Positions 23,801 to 38,800 of a DNA stretch of 64,000 nucleotides are shown one piece after another. The DNA is from Balanoglossus misakiensis (lineage: Eukaryota; Animalia; Hemichordata). The notes beneath the pieces were generated by a model, which was not told the DNA's origin, did not search any database, and was given only the letters and a program-made list of their open reading frames with translations. The stretch is taken from positions 3,462,783 through 3,526,782 of the forward strand of contig CM082580.2 in NCBI GenBank assembly GCA_040954595.2. The letters run 5' to 3'. Every line of letters starts with the position of its first letter. The stretch's first letter is position 1. The position numbers were made by a program, and so were the translations under genes.

Positions 23801-26800
23801 TAACTCATCAAAAAAGCCAGAAAAAACTTCCATTTTGTGAGTGGTTTTCTATATAAATTGGCCAAAACAAATTTTCCACTATCTGATAATGAATAGCTGT
23901 CAAAAAGTACTGATTATTTCATTATGGTGTGCACTCTTAAATTATCAATTATGATTTTCACGATGTCTGAAAAAAACTGGTTGCCGTTATGGAATGCTTT
24001 TTAAACAGGAATCTGACCTGATGTGGAGCTAATGTTTTTAAGGAGGGTATATTGGTAGCTTTTTAAACTTGGTTTTCAGAACTAAATTTTAAAATAATTT
24101 GGTTTTCAGAACTAAATTTTAAAATAATTTGGTTTTCAGAATAAAATTTCAAAATAATTCAAAATGACCCACCTTGAGTGTTCCCATGCCAGCAGTACCA
24201 TACATGTGGAACCAGAAGCGTACCATACAAATACCACTACTTGCTGGGAATACTGTATCAGTAGAAACTCTGGCTGTGTCTCCTGCTCTTCTGGGATATG
24301 TGCTGTCAATATACAGGAACTTTCCTATATAGAGGGGAAACATACAGTTATACTTTACATTGTAATATGTATGTAGAACAAGTTGTAGAGGGATGGTGTT
24401 AAAAGGACATGTTCACAGTGCAACTTCTGATTTTTTTGTTTCTATAAAATTTATGGCCTACAGACAAATGGCCTGTTATTTACCCCTACAGAAATCCACT
24501 GGGCTCTGTATTTGCCCCTTGAAGGATGGTACAATGTGCAGACACTGTTAGAGAAGTTAGAATGCTTGACGATTAGATAGATCTGATCAAATATTTCTGC
24601 TATGAGGAAAAAAACACCTGATCTGATATTACTTAATCCTTTCACCCCCAGTTCCCAGGGTTATAGGGGCAAACGCACAGCTGACGGTTTGTTTCCTAAT
24701 AAGGTCTATTGTTTACGTCTAAAAAAATGCCCACGTCAAGAAATATGACCCTTCGCAAACTTACCATTGGTGTTCAGCGTGTGGTCCTGTTTGGGACCAG
24801 TGTAGTATTTGGGAGTTGTGCTCGCCAGTCTCCAATCAAAATCATCCGTCGTTAGTTGAAGCCATCCGCAAGACTCCACAGATGTGTCAAAAGTACAGTC
24901 GCCTTGGTGAAGCTCTGGTCAACAGCAAAAAAACAACTTCTTGAAGACCAGCACTGACTCTTTACACACATTCTGTTGCATTGTTAGTCGTAATTTTTGG
25001 AAAGGTCTCTGATGTCAATTTCGAGCCGTGCCCCCCCCACCCCCAGTTTGAACATTTCCAGGTGTGTGCAGGCTAAGCAAAAATTGTGATGTGTTCTAAT
25101 AACGTGACATCAACTCATTTTAACTGCCAACCCTTAAGAACAATATATGCAAGAATGTGAGTGAAAGATTTGTTTGCCTGTCCTAATTTTTCTGATATTA
25201 ATGTCAGGGTATCTGTGTGTCCATCATTTTCAGTTTTGACTTGGCATAGTTTTTACTTTGCCATTGCAGATACTTACGGCAGCCTGCTTCATCCGATTGA
25301 TCTGGACAATCATAGGCCATATCACAGTGCTGATAGCCAGGAATACACTGACCATCGGTACACTTGAACTCTTTGCTGGCATCGCAGGGAACATTGTGAT
25401 TGGCTGCAACAGGAAATTACAAATGACAATCAGTCAACCATTTCCTCATTCTGGTCCATGACAAGATGTTGCTGCTGTAGCAGTGAAACACTAAAATACC
25501 ATGAGTTGATGCGACTGTTATCATAGGATTCAAAACGTTGGGTAACAGTTACCAGGGTGATTTTACAAAAACAATGAAAATGCCAAGTGTGAATGAATTC
25601 TTTAAAGGGACAAAGTCTCTCTCTAGCTGGCCTTTTCCCATTAATTATGTTTGAGACAAGACACCGTGTATGTTATTCCAGATGTGGATTTATAGTAAAT
25701 CAACGTTCGATATTACTATAAAATTTGCCGAATTTGAAATACAGAACAGCAATTAATTTTTTGATAACCTTATTTTGTTTCCTTTAAAATCTGACCGCTT
25801 TGGAATTGTTTTCACTTTAATAGTGTGGAGCATAGTGACAACCTTGACCTATACTAAAGCAAGGTCACCGAAAGCAAAACCTAGGACTTACCAACTTCAC
25901 ATTTGTCAAAAGTAATATCATCCAGTGCTATGTCTCCACTGTACAAAGTACCACGCGTAGCCTCGAATATGATGATGAAGTCCACCTGGTGTCCCAGACT
26001 AATTTCCCCATACAGCCAATCATCGCCTTGTTCACCTTCCATCTGCCACAGCACAGAGGACTGACCAGTGGAGGCAGACTTCATGTAGACACTCAATGTG
26101 CCAATGGAATCGCCACGCATGTGATACCAGAATCCAAGCGTACACTGAGAGCTGGATTCAACGTACGGCAAAGTCTGCAAGTGTGCTTTCTTTCCGTTAC
26201 CAGTCAAGTCTTCTGCCGTGAATGCATTCACATAGACATAATAACCTGTTGACAGAATCAAAGTGATTTTCATTCAATTTGATAATTTTCTACTGATTTT
26301 CCTGTCATTGTTGCCCAAAAATATATTTTCAGACCTGATTATGCAGTAAGTACATGTATGAAACACTTCCCACGATAACTAAAAAAATTATTATGGAAAA
26401 AGAGTTACACATTTTGTCCAGGATATCTTAAGATTGACTGTTATTTTGGGGGAGATAATGCGTGAGTTTCAAATTAATAGCTACCCCGGTACTTCCAGGA
26501 CTTTCCAGGAGCATAGCCTGAAAGCCAGTGATGTTTGTGTTGTTTACTTGCCATATGAAAGTACATGTATACATGTACATGTGCACACAACATTTTGTAT
26601 CCCTTGGTTTGTAAAACCAATACATTGTAGCAAGTTTGTTAATTTGCTTTTAGGGTACTCACAAAGACAAACAGACATGCACGGACACACACAATAAAAA
26701 TCTTGAGAATGATAAATGTTTGACTTACCATATATTGTACCTGTTGTTTTATCCGTTTCGGGGCCAGTATTGGGTTTGACCGTGGCTCCCTGTCCCAATT

Positions 26801-29800
26801 CCCATGTAAACTCTGAACTGGTGCCTGCATCCTGCCAACCACACATGTCAGCGTCTTCAAATGTACATGATGTACCTATTCAGGGAATCAACATAGAACA
26901 AGCAGTTTTCAATGAAAGTACTGTAAAACACTTTATTTTTGCGAGTTGAAATTTTGGCGATATCGAGAGTGGCCACTGTTTCGCGAGTATTAATTTTCGT
27001 GTTCTCTTATTTCATTAACTGCATTGTTATCTTCAAAAAAAAAAATTACGCGACTTTTTATTTTCACGCTATTTTGGCTCTCGCGTATTTTGCGAAAATT
27101 TATTGCTCGCGCAAATAAAGTGTTTTACAGTAGTTTTCTCTTTCTCTTATGCAGCCCTTAAACTGTGGAACGCACTACCTCTTGACATCAGGGAATCAAC
27201 AAACTTCGAGACTTTCAAAAGAAAACTGAAAACTCATATGTTCGAAAGAGCATACAGTGTGGTTTAACCATGAGCGTCATTGGGCAAAATTTCTTGTTTT
27301 GGATTTTGGCGCTATATAAACTTTTGTTGATTGATTGATTGATTGATTGATACTTGAGTCAAAATGAGGTGAAAGTGTAAAACCTTATCATTGTCTCAAC
27401 TAGGACAGAGAGCAATCAAGGAAATGCATCTCTGAGTAAAGGCTCCAGGCTGCCTGCATACAACACACTTTGTCTTGGGATTTCCTGATTGTGTTACATT
27501 AGAAATTGTAATACAGCACTGTATTCTGTGATATGATTTGTAAGTTTACTGCCATTCGATCTCATGATGTACATTTTACTAGACTTGAGTGCCATTTGTG
27601 GGAGGAGTCAATGCAATAAGGCCTCAATCATTAGATTGTGAGTCATGGATACATTGAAGCTGCTGTTCTTTCATGCAATTTTTCAATGAGGAGCTTCAGG
27701 AGCATTTACATAAAAATGTAAATATTTTCTTTTTGGAAATATTTCCCTGAGGATAAAAAGTCCAATGTCATGACTTATAATTTACAACTCAATCATTAAG
27801 AAGTTTCTACCCTGATACAGTTGAAATCTTTGCAGCCGTTCGCGGACAGAGGTTGGATGGCCGAGGATACGTCTGACCTTGGACACAGACTTACCACAGT
27901 GTCTCTCATCAGTGTTATCATCACAGTCGGGGATGAAGTCACACAATTCGTACGTTGTGAAGCAATCCACTCCATTATCACATGCATATAACCCTTGATC
28001 CATGTCACACCAACCTAGGGGGTCATCATGGTCATCACCAGGGATAGAACCACCTAGCAAACACGTGTCTGTGAATGAGACATCGTCTATGGAGATGTCT
28101 CCCTTGGTAGCATCGCCACGGACACCCTCAACAACAATCTGGTGATAACAAGTTCAAATCTGATTATTCCCTGTCATCACTGGACAAGAGTAGAAACCAT
28201 ACCACAAGCAATGAACATTTCGCAAAGACCATGACATCAATATGATAAATGCATTTTGATCAGCAATTATTCCACATGAGAACGGTTACTTTACAATCAT
28301 GGAGAGATGAATTGTGACAAAAATGTCCTCCATGAGCTTTAACTCAATAAACATAAGTTAAGCAACTAATAATCCTGGAAAGGCTTTTAATTCTAATTGA
28401 ATTTTATTGCCCGATTCTATATCAAGATAACACTTATTTTTGACGAAATGGCCACAAAATTGAAGAAATATCAGTACTGTTGAAATTTCCCACAATTTTA
28501 AAAACTGTGAAATATTGCAATACAGTAAGTATTGGTACACCAAAATTCACTCACACTTAGGGTTAAATATACTTAAGTATACTGTAAAACACTTTATTTT
28601 CACGAGCAATTAATTTTCGCCAAATACGCGAGAGCCAAAATAGCGTGAAAATAAAAAGTCGCGTAAATTGGTTTTAAAGATAACGATGCAGTGAATGAAA
28701 TAAGAGAATGTGAAAATTAATACTCGTGAAACAGTGGCCTCTCTCGATATTAAGAAAATTTTAACTCGCGAAAATAAAGTGTTTTACAGTATACTTCAGT
28801 GCATACATGTGTATGGGCTAATGGTAGAACAGTTTGAAAAAAATTATGATAATTATCCTAAAAGTTGCAGCTCATGGGGCTTTATCATTCATTCACAATT
28901 AAGTCTCTAATTAGTGAAAACATCATTTACTCACTTCAAAATCTTTGCCACCAGAGTCGACATCGACCTGTACCGACATCCACGCGTTCGCCACTGAATC
29001 CGTGCGACTTGCCAACAGAATCAATCCATCATCTCCATCTTCATATGAAGTCCTGGCATAGATGTTGAGAGAACCAACACTACTTCCATACATGTGCACC
29101 CAGACACGGAACTGAAAGATGCAAGTTTTATGAAACAATGTCACATTGATTCGTTTTTTTTTTAACGTCGTGCAATCGACAATCTTTTTTCGCAGCTACA
29201 TACAGTCAGACAACAGAAAATACTGCATCTCAGGTATACATTGGTTAAAGGTATACGGTCACCTATGGAAATTTAGCTACAGTTACCATGGTAACTTGAG
29301 ATCTACCCAATCAAGGATTTTCAGTGGGTGGCACACGCGAAAAAAAATAACGCCACCATATGTTCTTTAGAACCCTCAGATACGCCATATTTGGGCGTAT
29401 GTAAATTGGAAGTGACTGTATACCTTTAACGGTTTGTTCCTCAAAATGACATTATAAAATTCAAACAATCAAAGAATGTAATCTCAAATTATTTCTTTGT
29501 GTGTGTGTGTGTGGGGGGGGGGGGCAGACACACTTTAGCAAATCTTGACTCTCTGCCAATATTGCTCAAATTCTATATTACTCATTTCTGTGAGATATGA
29601 ATTAAAGTTGTGTAGCACTCTTTGATCAACAGTTGAAATAACAGCATGAGCTTTCGGGAACATGTAGTCCCCTTCTTCAGATGTTCAGATGCACTCGAAA
29701 GCTCATGCTGTAATTTCAACTGTTGATCAAAGAGTGCTACAGAACTTTAATGCATATTGTACCGAAGATCAACACGGCAATACTCTGAATTGTCATTTCT

Positions 29801-32800
29801 GTGAAGACAGGTTGGTGTTACATGTATTTTATTGTTTCTCTCCAAGTATATTGATTTTTTAGCATCATTTGCAATCAATGCACCAGTTAGACTAAAATCA
29901 ACACTTGTAAGAAACTTTGAAAGACTTACAACACAGTCTGTACTTGAACCAAGGAAAGTTGGGCTACCAAGTCTTGCTCTCTCGCCTGGCACTCGTGGAT
30001 CAGACGTTTCAATGAACATATAATGACCTGCATGTGGGAACAGATTTCATATTTGAAAATTATAATCTGAGGAAACTTCAAACACAAAAAATCTCTCAAA
30101 TAAAGCATTCTTTGATTCATATTGAGTAAGCAATCTCCTAAAGCTTAAAGGGATATTTGCTGTTAAACTTTTGGATTTATTTCCAGTATTGTTCTGTGTA
30201 CCAGATGCAATTACTTGCTCTACTCCAAACAGCATGCTAATATACCCAGTATGCCACCTGTAAACACATCCTGTATGTGTGTAACGGCCTTTGTTATTGT
30301 TGACAGACAAAGTCCATTCCAGACTTGAATGAAAATTTTGCACAATAAAAATGCTGACTATACACATATATGTTGTGTAGATAAGCTAAATGCTGGGCAT
30401 TTCGTCATGCTTCAGGAATTTGAAGAACAAACTGCAGCAGACACACAAAAGAAAAATACTGAAAACACAAAAAAAACACGAAAAGTTACAGCTAAAGGAG
30501 ATTTGATGTTGTTTTAGGAAATGTGACAGGTTGGGTAAATATTGTCAATTTTCACAAGAGAGTCATGTGACACGCAGTATTAAACCCAACTGTCAAAAAT
30601 GAGTTTCCTGTCTGTGGAAATATTAAGGGTTTCTGTGAAACTACATACCATTGCCATCTCGCAGTGTGTGATCACTGGATGGTCCTGTGCCATCAGAATT
30701 AGTATGTCCTGTCTGTTGTCGCCACTCAAACTCATCATCGTGATCTTGATGCCAGTTGCACAGATCAACCTCAAAGTCGCACCGACCGGGGTAATTATCT
30801 GAAAGAAGGTGAACCAAACAATGTAGACAATGCGGCTGCCAAATGAAAAAAATTAAAGCTACAAAACTTTATTGACAAAATGTACTGGGATGATCTTTAC
30901 CACTGATAACAGTGCACTTGAGTCAAACTCTGCTGATGACAGAATTCAGGCAATATTTAACTTTAAAAAAAATTATTGGCATTACCAACAGTGATATCTT
31001 AAAAAAGTTTTACATTTTTTGGAGCATAACTAGAAAAAACGTAAGTTTGTAAAATGTATAGAATCAAGTGTGAAAATTTAAGATGATTCATACCATAGCT
31101 GAGCCAAGTTTAAATTTGTATGAAGTTTGGGAAATGAAATGCCAGATCTCTTGAGAATACTTACAACAAAATTCTTCGTCAGACCAATCACCACAGTCAT
31201 TGTTGTAATCACAAACTTTGAGCTTGTCTATACAGTAAGTATTGGTGCATCGGAATTCATCATTGGAACAAGGTTCTCCAGTTATTACTGAAATTACACA
31301 AGAATCAATAGATGATTTTTCCAACCATAGTGAGATCTTGCGAGATTTGGTTAATTAGCATAACAACAGGTTGCTAGCCGAGTACATGATATACAAGTCA
31401 AGTTTTGCAGAAAACTAGAATAAGTGAACAATTTAACAGAAATTGTAACTTTGATGCCATTTTAGATGGTGGGCCATGTGTTTCCTCCCATATAAACTGC
31501 TTAGCCATGCAAGATCTTGCAGGGTCTTTTGGAGTATGTAAAATGGTTACTGAATCATCAGGCAGTTACTTGTGTTGACTATCTGAGCAAGTCACCCGTA
31601 AGAGAATTCTAACCTAACAATGAATGTGCTACTCAGAGAGATGCAATTCAAGACATTATACAAAAATTCTAAAATTGTTAATTTAGAAGTAAAATACAGA
31701 ATATTGATGATCAGAGCTCAAATAAAAGACAAAGTCAACTCTATATAAAATGGAAACTGTTATTGAATTATAGATAATAGCTATTGAGCTAGGAAACTTC
31801 AAAGTTATTTTTAACCATTTCATTGAATTGCTAGAATGTAAGCTCAAGTAGCAGAGCAGACTTACAGGGTGGAGCACAGTTGATGAACGAAATATCATCC
31901 AGAGCATAGTCACCAAGGAAGGTCATACCACGTCGTGCTTCAAATTGCACCTGATAACAATAACAAAGGAAAAAAACAACAACAATTAAAACACTGGAAT
32001 CTGACAACAATGTGAAGACTATGTTTTTCGGAGATAACGATGCAGTGAAATACAAGAACGCGAAAATTAACCCTCGCGTAACAGTTGCCTGTTTTGATAT
32101 CGCGAAAATTTCCTGTCATGAAAATAACGCGTATTACAGTATTTTCATACAATTTTTGTACAGGTAAATATTGAAGATAGGAGCCTGAACAGTTAGTTTA
32201 TCATATTATAGGAGAGTACCACTTGAAAGTTTAGTGTGTTATAGATGAGAATGATGAAACACAACAAGCATGGTGGATAATTTACCACTTCATTGCTGCC
32301 AGCACCAATAAATACAGTTTCTTGTTTCCAGGAGTCACCCTGTGGCTGTGCTATGTACCAGAGGTTCTTCACAGCGCCATCTGTCTGCACCAGTTGCAGA
32401 GCTAATGATCCGATGAGGTCACCGTCAACATGGTACCAGAAACTCATCTGGCAGTCTTGACCAAGACGGGATATCTTGGGAGTTTTCAAGACGGTTTTCT
32501 CAGAGAATGACCCTGGGGAGCTATCACTGTACACGTACCAGCCTGGGAAAACAAGTGAAAACATAATATTATGCATGCAAATAATACTTCCTCACTGCAA
32601 TTATATTTAGTGCTGTTGGTAATGATTCTCTTATAAGTATCTTGAACATTTGCACCAAAGAGACATTGAATGAGACTTTAGTCAGTTTGTAATAATATAA
32701 AAAAAAAATATTGTTGGAATTTTAGCAAAAAATATCTGAGGAATGTCATTTTTTTTTCTCTCTGGCCAAAAAGATATTTTCCCAAGAAAAGTTTGACTAC

Positions 32801-35800
32801 AGCAGAGTTGTTAATATATTCAGCTTTTTTTTCAAAATACACCAAATGTGGGTTTTCCATGTTGTATTGAATGTATACCCACATCATGAACTACGTGTTA
32901 GTTAGCAGAGTGCATCTACAATGCCTGGTGATCACTTCATGGAGTGTCTGATTGACACGTTCAATACGCCTTACCTTCGGCGGTTCCTGTTGTGTGGTCT
33001 TCCGTTGGTCTGTAGTCTCCATCTTGTGCTGTTTTTGCTTGGTCGTGTCGCCATATGAAATTTGTTGTATCTCTACGCTCCATGGAATCACCACCCTCAA
33101 TGATCCAGTTACACAGATCGCTTTCAAAGTCACAGTCGGATTCAACTGGGGAAATAAATTTTGTTATAACATAACATCAAGATGCATCTCAGACACCCTG
33201 CAAGTCTTTGATTGTACGTTCATCTTCACAACAAAATGTATATTTTAGGAACTTCTCTGACTTTGGGATTACACTAAACAGCTACACTTTCATTGTCACA
33301 AGAATACAATCATGAGACTGTAAAGTTTATTTAACATGCGTTGATAGGTCACACTGTTTGTGTACCCCAACATCATTCTTACATTCTTACTATAACCCAA
33401 TGACAGCAAACAGCTCCTTTCAATCTTAAAATTGTTATTCATATACTGAACATACAATCTCTCTTCAATGTATAAATGCTGGAAAAAACTAGTAGGTAAC
33501 ACAGGAATGAAAATTTCATTAATAACTTTGTTTACATATATGGGGTGCTCTTTAGATTGTCACATATATTTAGGGACTATCTTTTATTCACCTTTTGCAA
33601 TTAAAACATAAAGGTACTAACTACTACATGATGTACAGTAGTTCATTGACCCTGCTGGTCTCTCAATCCAAAGTCATGAAGTGGCATCATTTTTGGCAAT
33701 CATCTTCTCAACGCACTACTCACCACATCCCTTTTCATCTGAGCCATCAGCGCAGTCATTCCTGAAATCGCAGACTCTGTCCGAGGGTATACAGAGATCT
33801 TCAAAACTGCAGTAGAATTCTCCACTCTGGCAGCCTGGATACGGAGTTGGAGTGGTTGGCGCAGGGCGTGTGCTTGTTGTCGGGGGTAATGGAAGGTCAG
33901 CTGGGCGAAACCAACAGAAATAAATGTCAATATGATATTATATATTGAACTGTTGAATACTAGTATATATACCCACTATCATGGATAATTAAAAATGCAT
34001 TTTCTCACGCTGTCTTTCCCTATCATGGTTCACCCTTTCAACACAATGGTTTTGTCCAAATCATTTGTTTTCAATGGAAAAGTTGGATCTGTGCATTAGG
34101 AAATGGGGTGAAAGAGTTAAGGTATGCTATACTGGTGTATGAAATTTCTAGTTCATCAGTTACCGCTAACCATTTTCTGTACGTGCAAAAGAAAAATAAC
34201 AAGATGAAACTAAATTGTACAAAAACAATTATACAAAATCAAATGTATTTCATCTTTTGTCAAAAACTGAAAAAAAAATACAGTTTTTGTAAGTGCCTTG
34301 AGCATTGTTTCAAAATCCATGGTCACTGATGGTTAAATCATACGATACGCACCAGATGTAGTCTGACAGTCTGTAGTGAAAGTGATATCATCCAAACCAA
34401 TATCTCCCATGAAGGAATCTCCAACACGACCTTCAATCACTATCTGTGAATGCAATAAAATGAACAAGTATCCCTTATTACACAAACAATGACAAATACA
34501 TTCAGTCATTTCGCAAACTTAAAACTTGGGCGTTGTCCCATCTGCAAAGTTTGTTGGCAAACATTGAATATTACCCAAAACACCCTACAGGTTCATGATT
34601 GAGTGAAAAGAATTTGTCAACGTCACAATTTTTTCAATCAACACAGTTTGATAACTTGAAGCACTATGTATTCAAAGTTTTCCAGTCCAAAAGCTGGAAA
34701 AATATTCACTTGGTGATGTCATCAGAAAATGTTGGTTGATGAAACATATTGTGTAGTATTCCTACCTGGAAATTCTGTGCTGAGTTCAATGTAACTTCAG
34801 CTCTATCCCAGAAATCCCCTCTGTTTCCGTAGTATGTCCAGACGATAGCATCACCTTGTCGGGAATCTCTGTAAATGCGCTGAATAACTGCCAGTCTGTC
34901 GATGCTGATGCCAAACATATGGTAGAAGAAACGAAGCTGAAGAAAATGCACAGTTAGCAGTTTTAGATACAATTGTTTACTACTATGTTTGCCAATTAAG
35001 ACATATGAAATAAAAATACAACATTCAATGATAGACTGTCAACTATTTTGTTATGCATTTGAATTTAGGACCATAGACTATATACATGTACAATATAATA
35101 TAGATAATAAATCTTTGTGATCAGAACCAAGTCATATACAAACACTGAACAGAATAAACATACTGGCAAAAATGAATTCAAAAGCGACTTCACTATCTGA
35201 CAGGCTCCATAGTGAAGTTGCTTTTGAATTCATTTTTGTTAAAGGCACATGAGCTGCAACTTTTGGGATAATTATCATATTTTTTTTTCAAACTGTACTA
35301 CCATTAGCCCATAAATATATATGTACTGAAGTATATACAAGTATTAGAAACCCTATTGTATAAGGCAATATCATTTAATAGACAGAATTAAAAGCATATC
35401 CGAAATGATTTAATGCTTAATTTTTTTTATCCAGTTGCAGCTCATGGGCTTTAATTCTGCCATATACAATCTATTATTACCTTGCATGTACCATCTGTAG
35501 TAGGTTTGAAAACATCACTATAAATCAGCTCAGCCCGGTCATGATACATTGGTAATGTACCGGTATCCAGATATATGTAATATCCTACGGGTAATATTAA
35601 AAGAAGAACATGGTTTCATAAGAATATATTTGAAAAGAGAATGAAGAAAACATTTCAAAATTCATTACTGTAAAACACTTTATTTTTTCGCGAGCAATAA
35701 ATTTTTGCGAAATACGCGAGAGCCAAAATAGCGTGAAAATAAAAAGTCGCGTAAATTAATTTTGAAGATAAGGATGCAGTGAATGAAATAAGAGAACGCG

Positions 35801-38800
35801 AAAATTAATACTCACGAAACAGTGGCCTCTCTGGATATCGCGAAAAATTTCAACTTGCGAAAATAAAGTGTTTTACAGTATTAGTTTTTGGTAAATTCTA
35901 CTACAACCACCATGATGGAGATTCATTTGGAATGGAATAGGATTTTCATTTGATAAATATCCAAGTATTTAAGTTGTCATTTATCACTGAATCCAATATA
36001 TCTGATTAAATATTCAACAAATGAACATATGATACTTCAAATATTACCTTCACTGTTGCCAGTTGTATGGTCAAATGAAGGGCCTGTGTACGGTGCCAGT
36101 GTTCCACCAGCATCTCTCGCCCAATCTAAGGTATCTGTAACACCTCCCTGAAGCCATTGGCAAAATCCATTTTCAAAGTCGCACTGCTTGTAGTTACCTG
36201 GTTTAATAAAGTTTACAACATTTTTCAATTATACTTTATCCCGAGCATTTGTCAGGTTGCAACCCATTAATACAGGATGAAGTACCTATACTACACTTGG
36301 ATGTGGGATAAGCTATGAGAAATGCTTTCTCAAGGAGACAGCATCATGGCCACATCCTGGTCACAAACTCACATTCCCCTCATAGTGAGTTGGCCACTCT
36401 GCCTCTAATAGAAACACATGATGACTTGTACAAATAGCAATAATTTTCAAACAGTATCACTAAAAGTTAAACATTTCAAAAATTTCCTGTCGTGAAAATT
36501 TCCCCTTTTACAGTACTATTTCCTTACCACAATCTAGTTCTGTAGATGTTTCATCAGCATTATTACCGCAATCATCATTGAGATCACACACTAAGTTACT
36601 GGTAATACAGGCTCCATTGGTTTCATCTTCCAATGGACACCAGTAGAAGTCACCAGAAAACGTGTCACAGCTCTCAGCCGGATCCGGCAAACCACAATTC
36701 TTAAACTCAATGTCATCAACCGCCATTATTGCACTAGTTCCAATCACTCCAATCTTCCTGAATATCAACTGAGAATAAATGAAGGATCATTAACACTTAT
36801 CTTCTGGCACCTTTGCGCTCATTGATGTGAGAAGTTTTAGCATGATTGACTTTCTTATCATGAGATGGGGTTTTCTATTCATTCGTTTTAACATCAGAGA
36901 CGTTGTGCCCCTATACACATATTGTTCTCTGATACTGAGAATTATAAGTCCTCTCAAAGCTTTAGAATACTGAATGGTATCAAGCAGCGCATGATGCATT
37001 ATAGAAATGGCCACACACCGTAAACGGCTGCCGCCTTCTGTGGAATCCCACAATATCCCAGTTCCACTGGGAACCTCTTCCGACATTGACTCTCCACATC
37101 TCGGTTTCCGTGCCGTCTTGATCCAGCATATGCATAGTCATGAAGCCGGGCAGAGTACCGTCGTAGAAGTACCAGAATTCCACAGTGCAGTTGTTGGCAC
37201 TTTCTCCGTACTCGGAGCTCCACATCTCCGCTGTTTTGTTGTTGACATCTTCGGTGTTCACGTCAATGTACATGTAAAAGCCTAAAATACACATAAAACA
37301 TGGAGTAATTCATATTTGTTCATTCCAACAGATATAAATGAAAGCATGCGACAAGATCATAAGAAAATAAATTTGTAAGTTTTCATAGACGTTTAAAACT
37401 TTTTAAAAACTGTTCTGCACAAGCAAGCTGATATCATAAGTCCTTTGCTAAACTGTCTGACTCCTATGTGAGCCTTGAACTGAATCAGTGTTGTTATTGC
37501 TCAATTCACAGTGAGTAATAATCTTTACGGCCCGGATACGGGTTTTGCGGCCCGAGGTCGTACGGCGGAAGCGCCCGACCGCAGGGAGGGCGCGAATCGC
37601 CGTACGACCGAGGGCCGCAAAACCTGTATCAGGGCCGTAAAGGTTTTATCATATGCCTTATTGAACAATAATGGACAAGAAATTAATAAAATACACATTC
37701 TGGAATATTTTGGAATGTAAATATTACGTTTTTATCTATCGTTTTGAAATGATCAATCGCGTAGCATAGAGCCGTATTCCTCCAGTTCTTGCGGATTGAT
37801 ATGCACGATGTCATTTGTTTACATTCTATTGCACGTGAGATATAGACGCGCTCGAACTCACACAGCCGAGCGCGAGCAAAACATTATTTTTTCTTCGCGA
37901 CGATCGACGCCGACAGTCACACATTAATCAGATCAAATCATCAATTTTACTATTCATATTTCCAAATAAATCTCTACAACAAGCAGCGATAATGGAAGAG
38001 GATGTGATTCGTTTGCGGCATAGGACATACACACACTGCAAGTGCACTAGTCACTGAATTCCGAACGTAGCAACGACAGCTTTCGAATCTCGCGCAATAA
38101 ACACAAAACTAGATCCGGATAGTGAACGCGTCTTCCAAATATGGTCACCGGGCCGGGGCGTGATAAGCAAAAAAACTGCACGGATGTGAGGGCGCTTTTC
38201 CCCATAGACTTTACATGGGCACGTGAATATAGGCATATGATAAGACGGAAAGACTTCTACTACCGGTACATAATATCTGGCACTGACCCCAATAAATGTC
38301 ATATTTAATCCTGTGAATCTGAGTTAAACATCTTCAGAATTGCATGTACTTCACATGACACAAGATGATCAATGCGTAAAGGGCTTAAGAGGTATATACA
38401 GCTCTGGCAGCCGACAGTTCAACTTGCATTTAGTTAAATTGCAAACAAAACAACACAACACTGTCAACATCACACAACACAGTACCTGTTTCATCCCCGA
38501 CGGTGTGGTCATACTGTGGTGCTTGACTACCAGGTCTAGCTGTCAAGGCATTGGCTCTGAACCAATCATAGTTATCAAAGATCTGTTCTCTCCAACCACA
38601 GTCATCGGTTTCATAATCACAGAATGGAGCTGTAATGGAAAGCATGCAAATAAATCATGATGATGGAGAAGTAGTCTGGACTTCAAGTTATGGTCTGTCT
38701 ATTTGTGAATACAATGTATTTCAGAGTATAAAGTTATATTATCTGGCAATCCTCCACAGACTTTGTAATTTTCAGTGTGCATGAACCATGCTTCAGTTAA

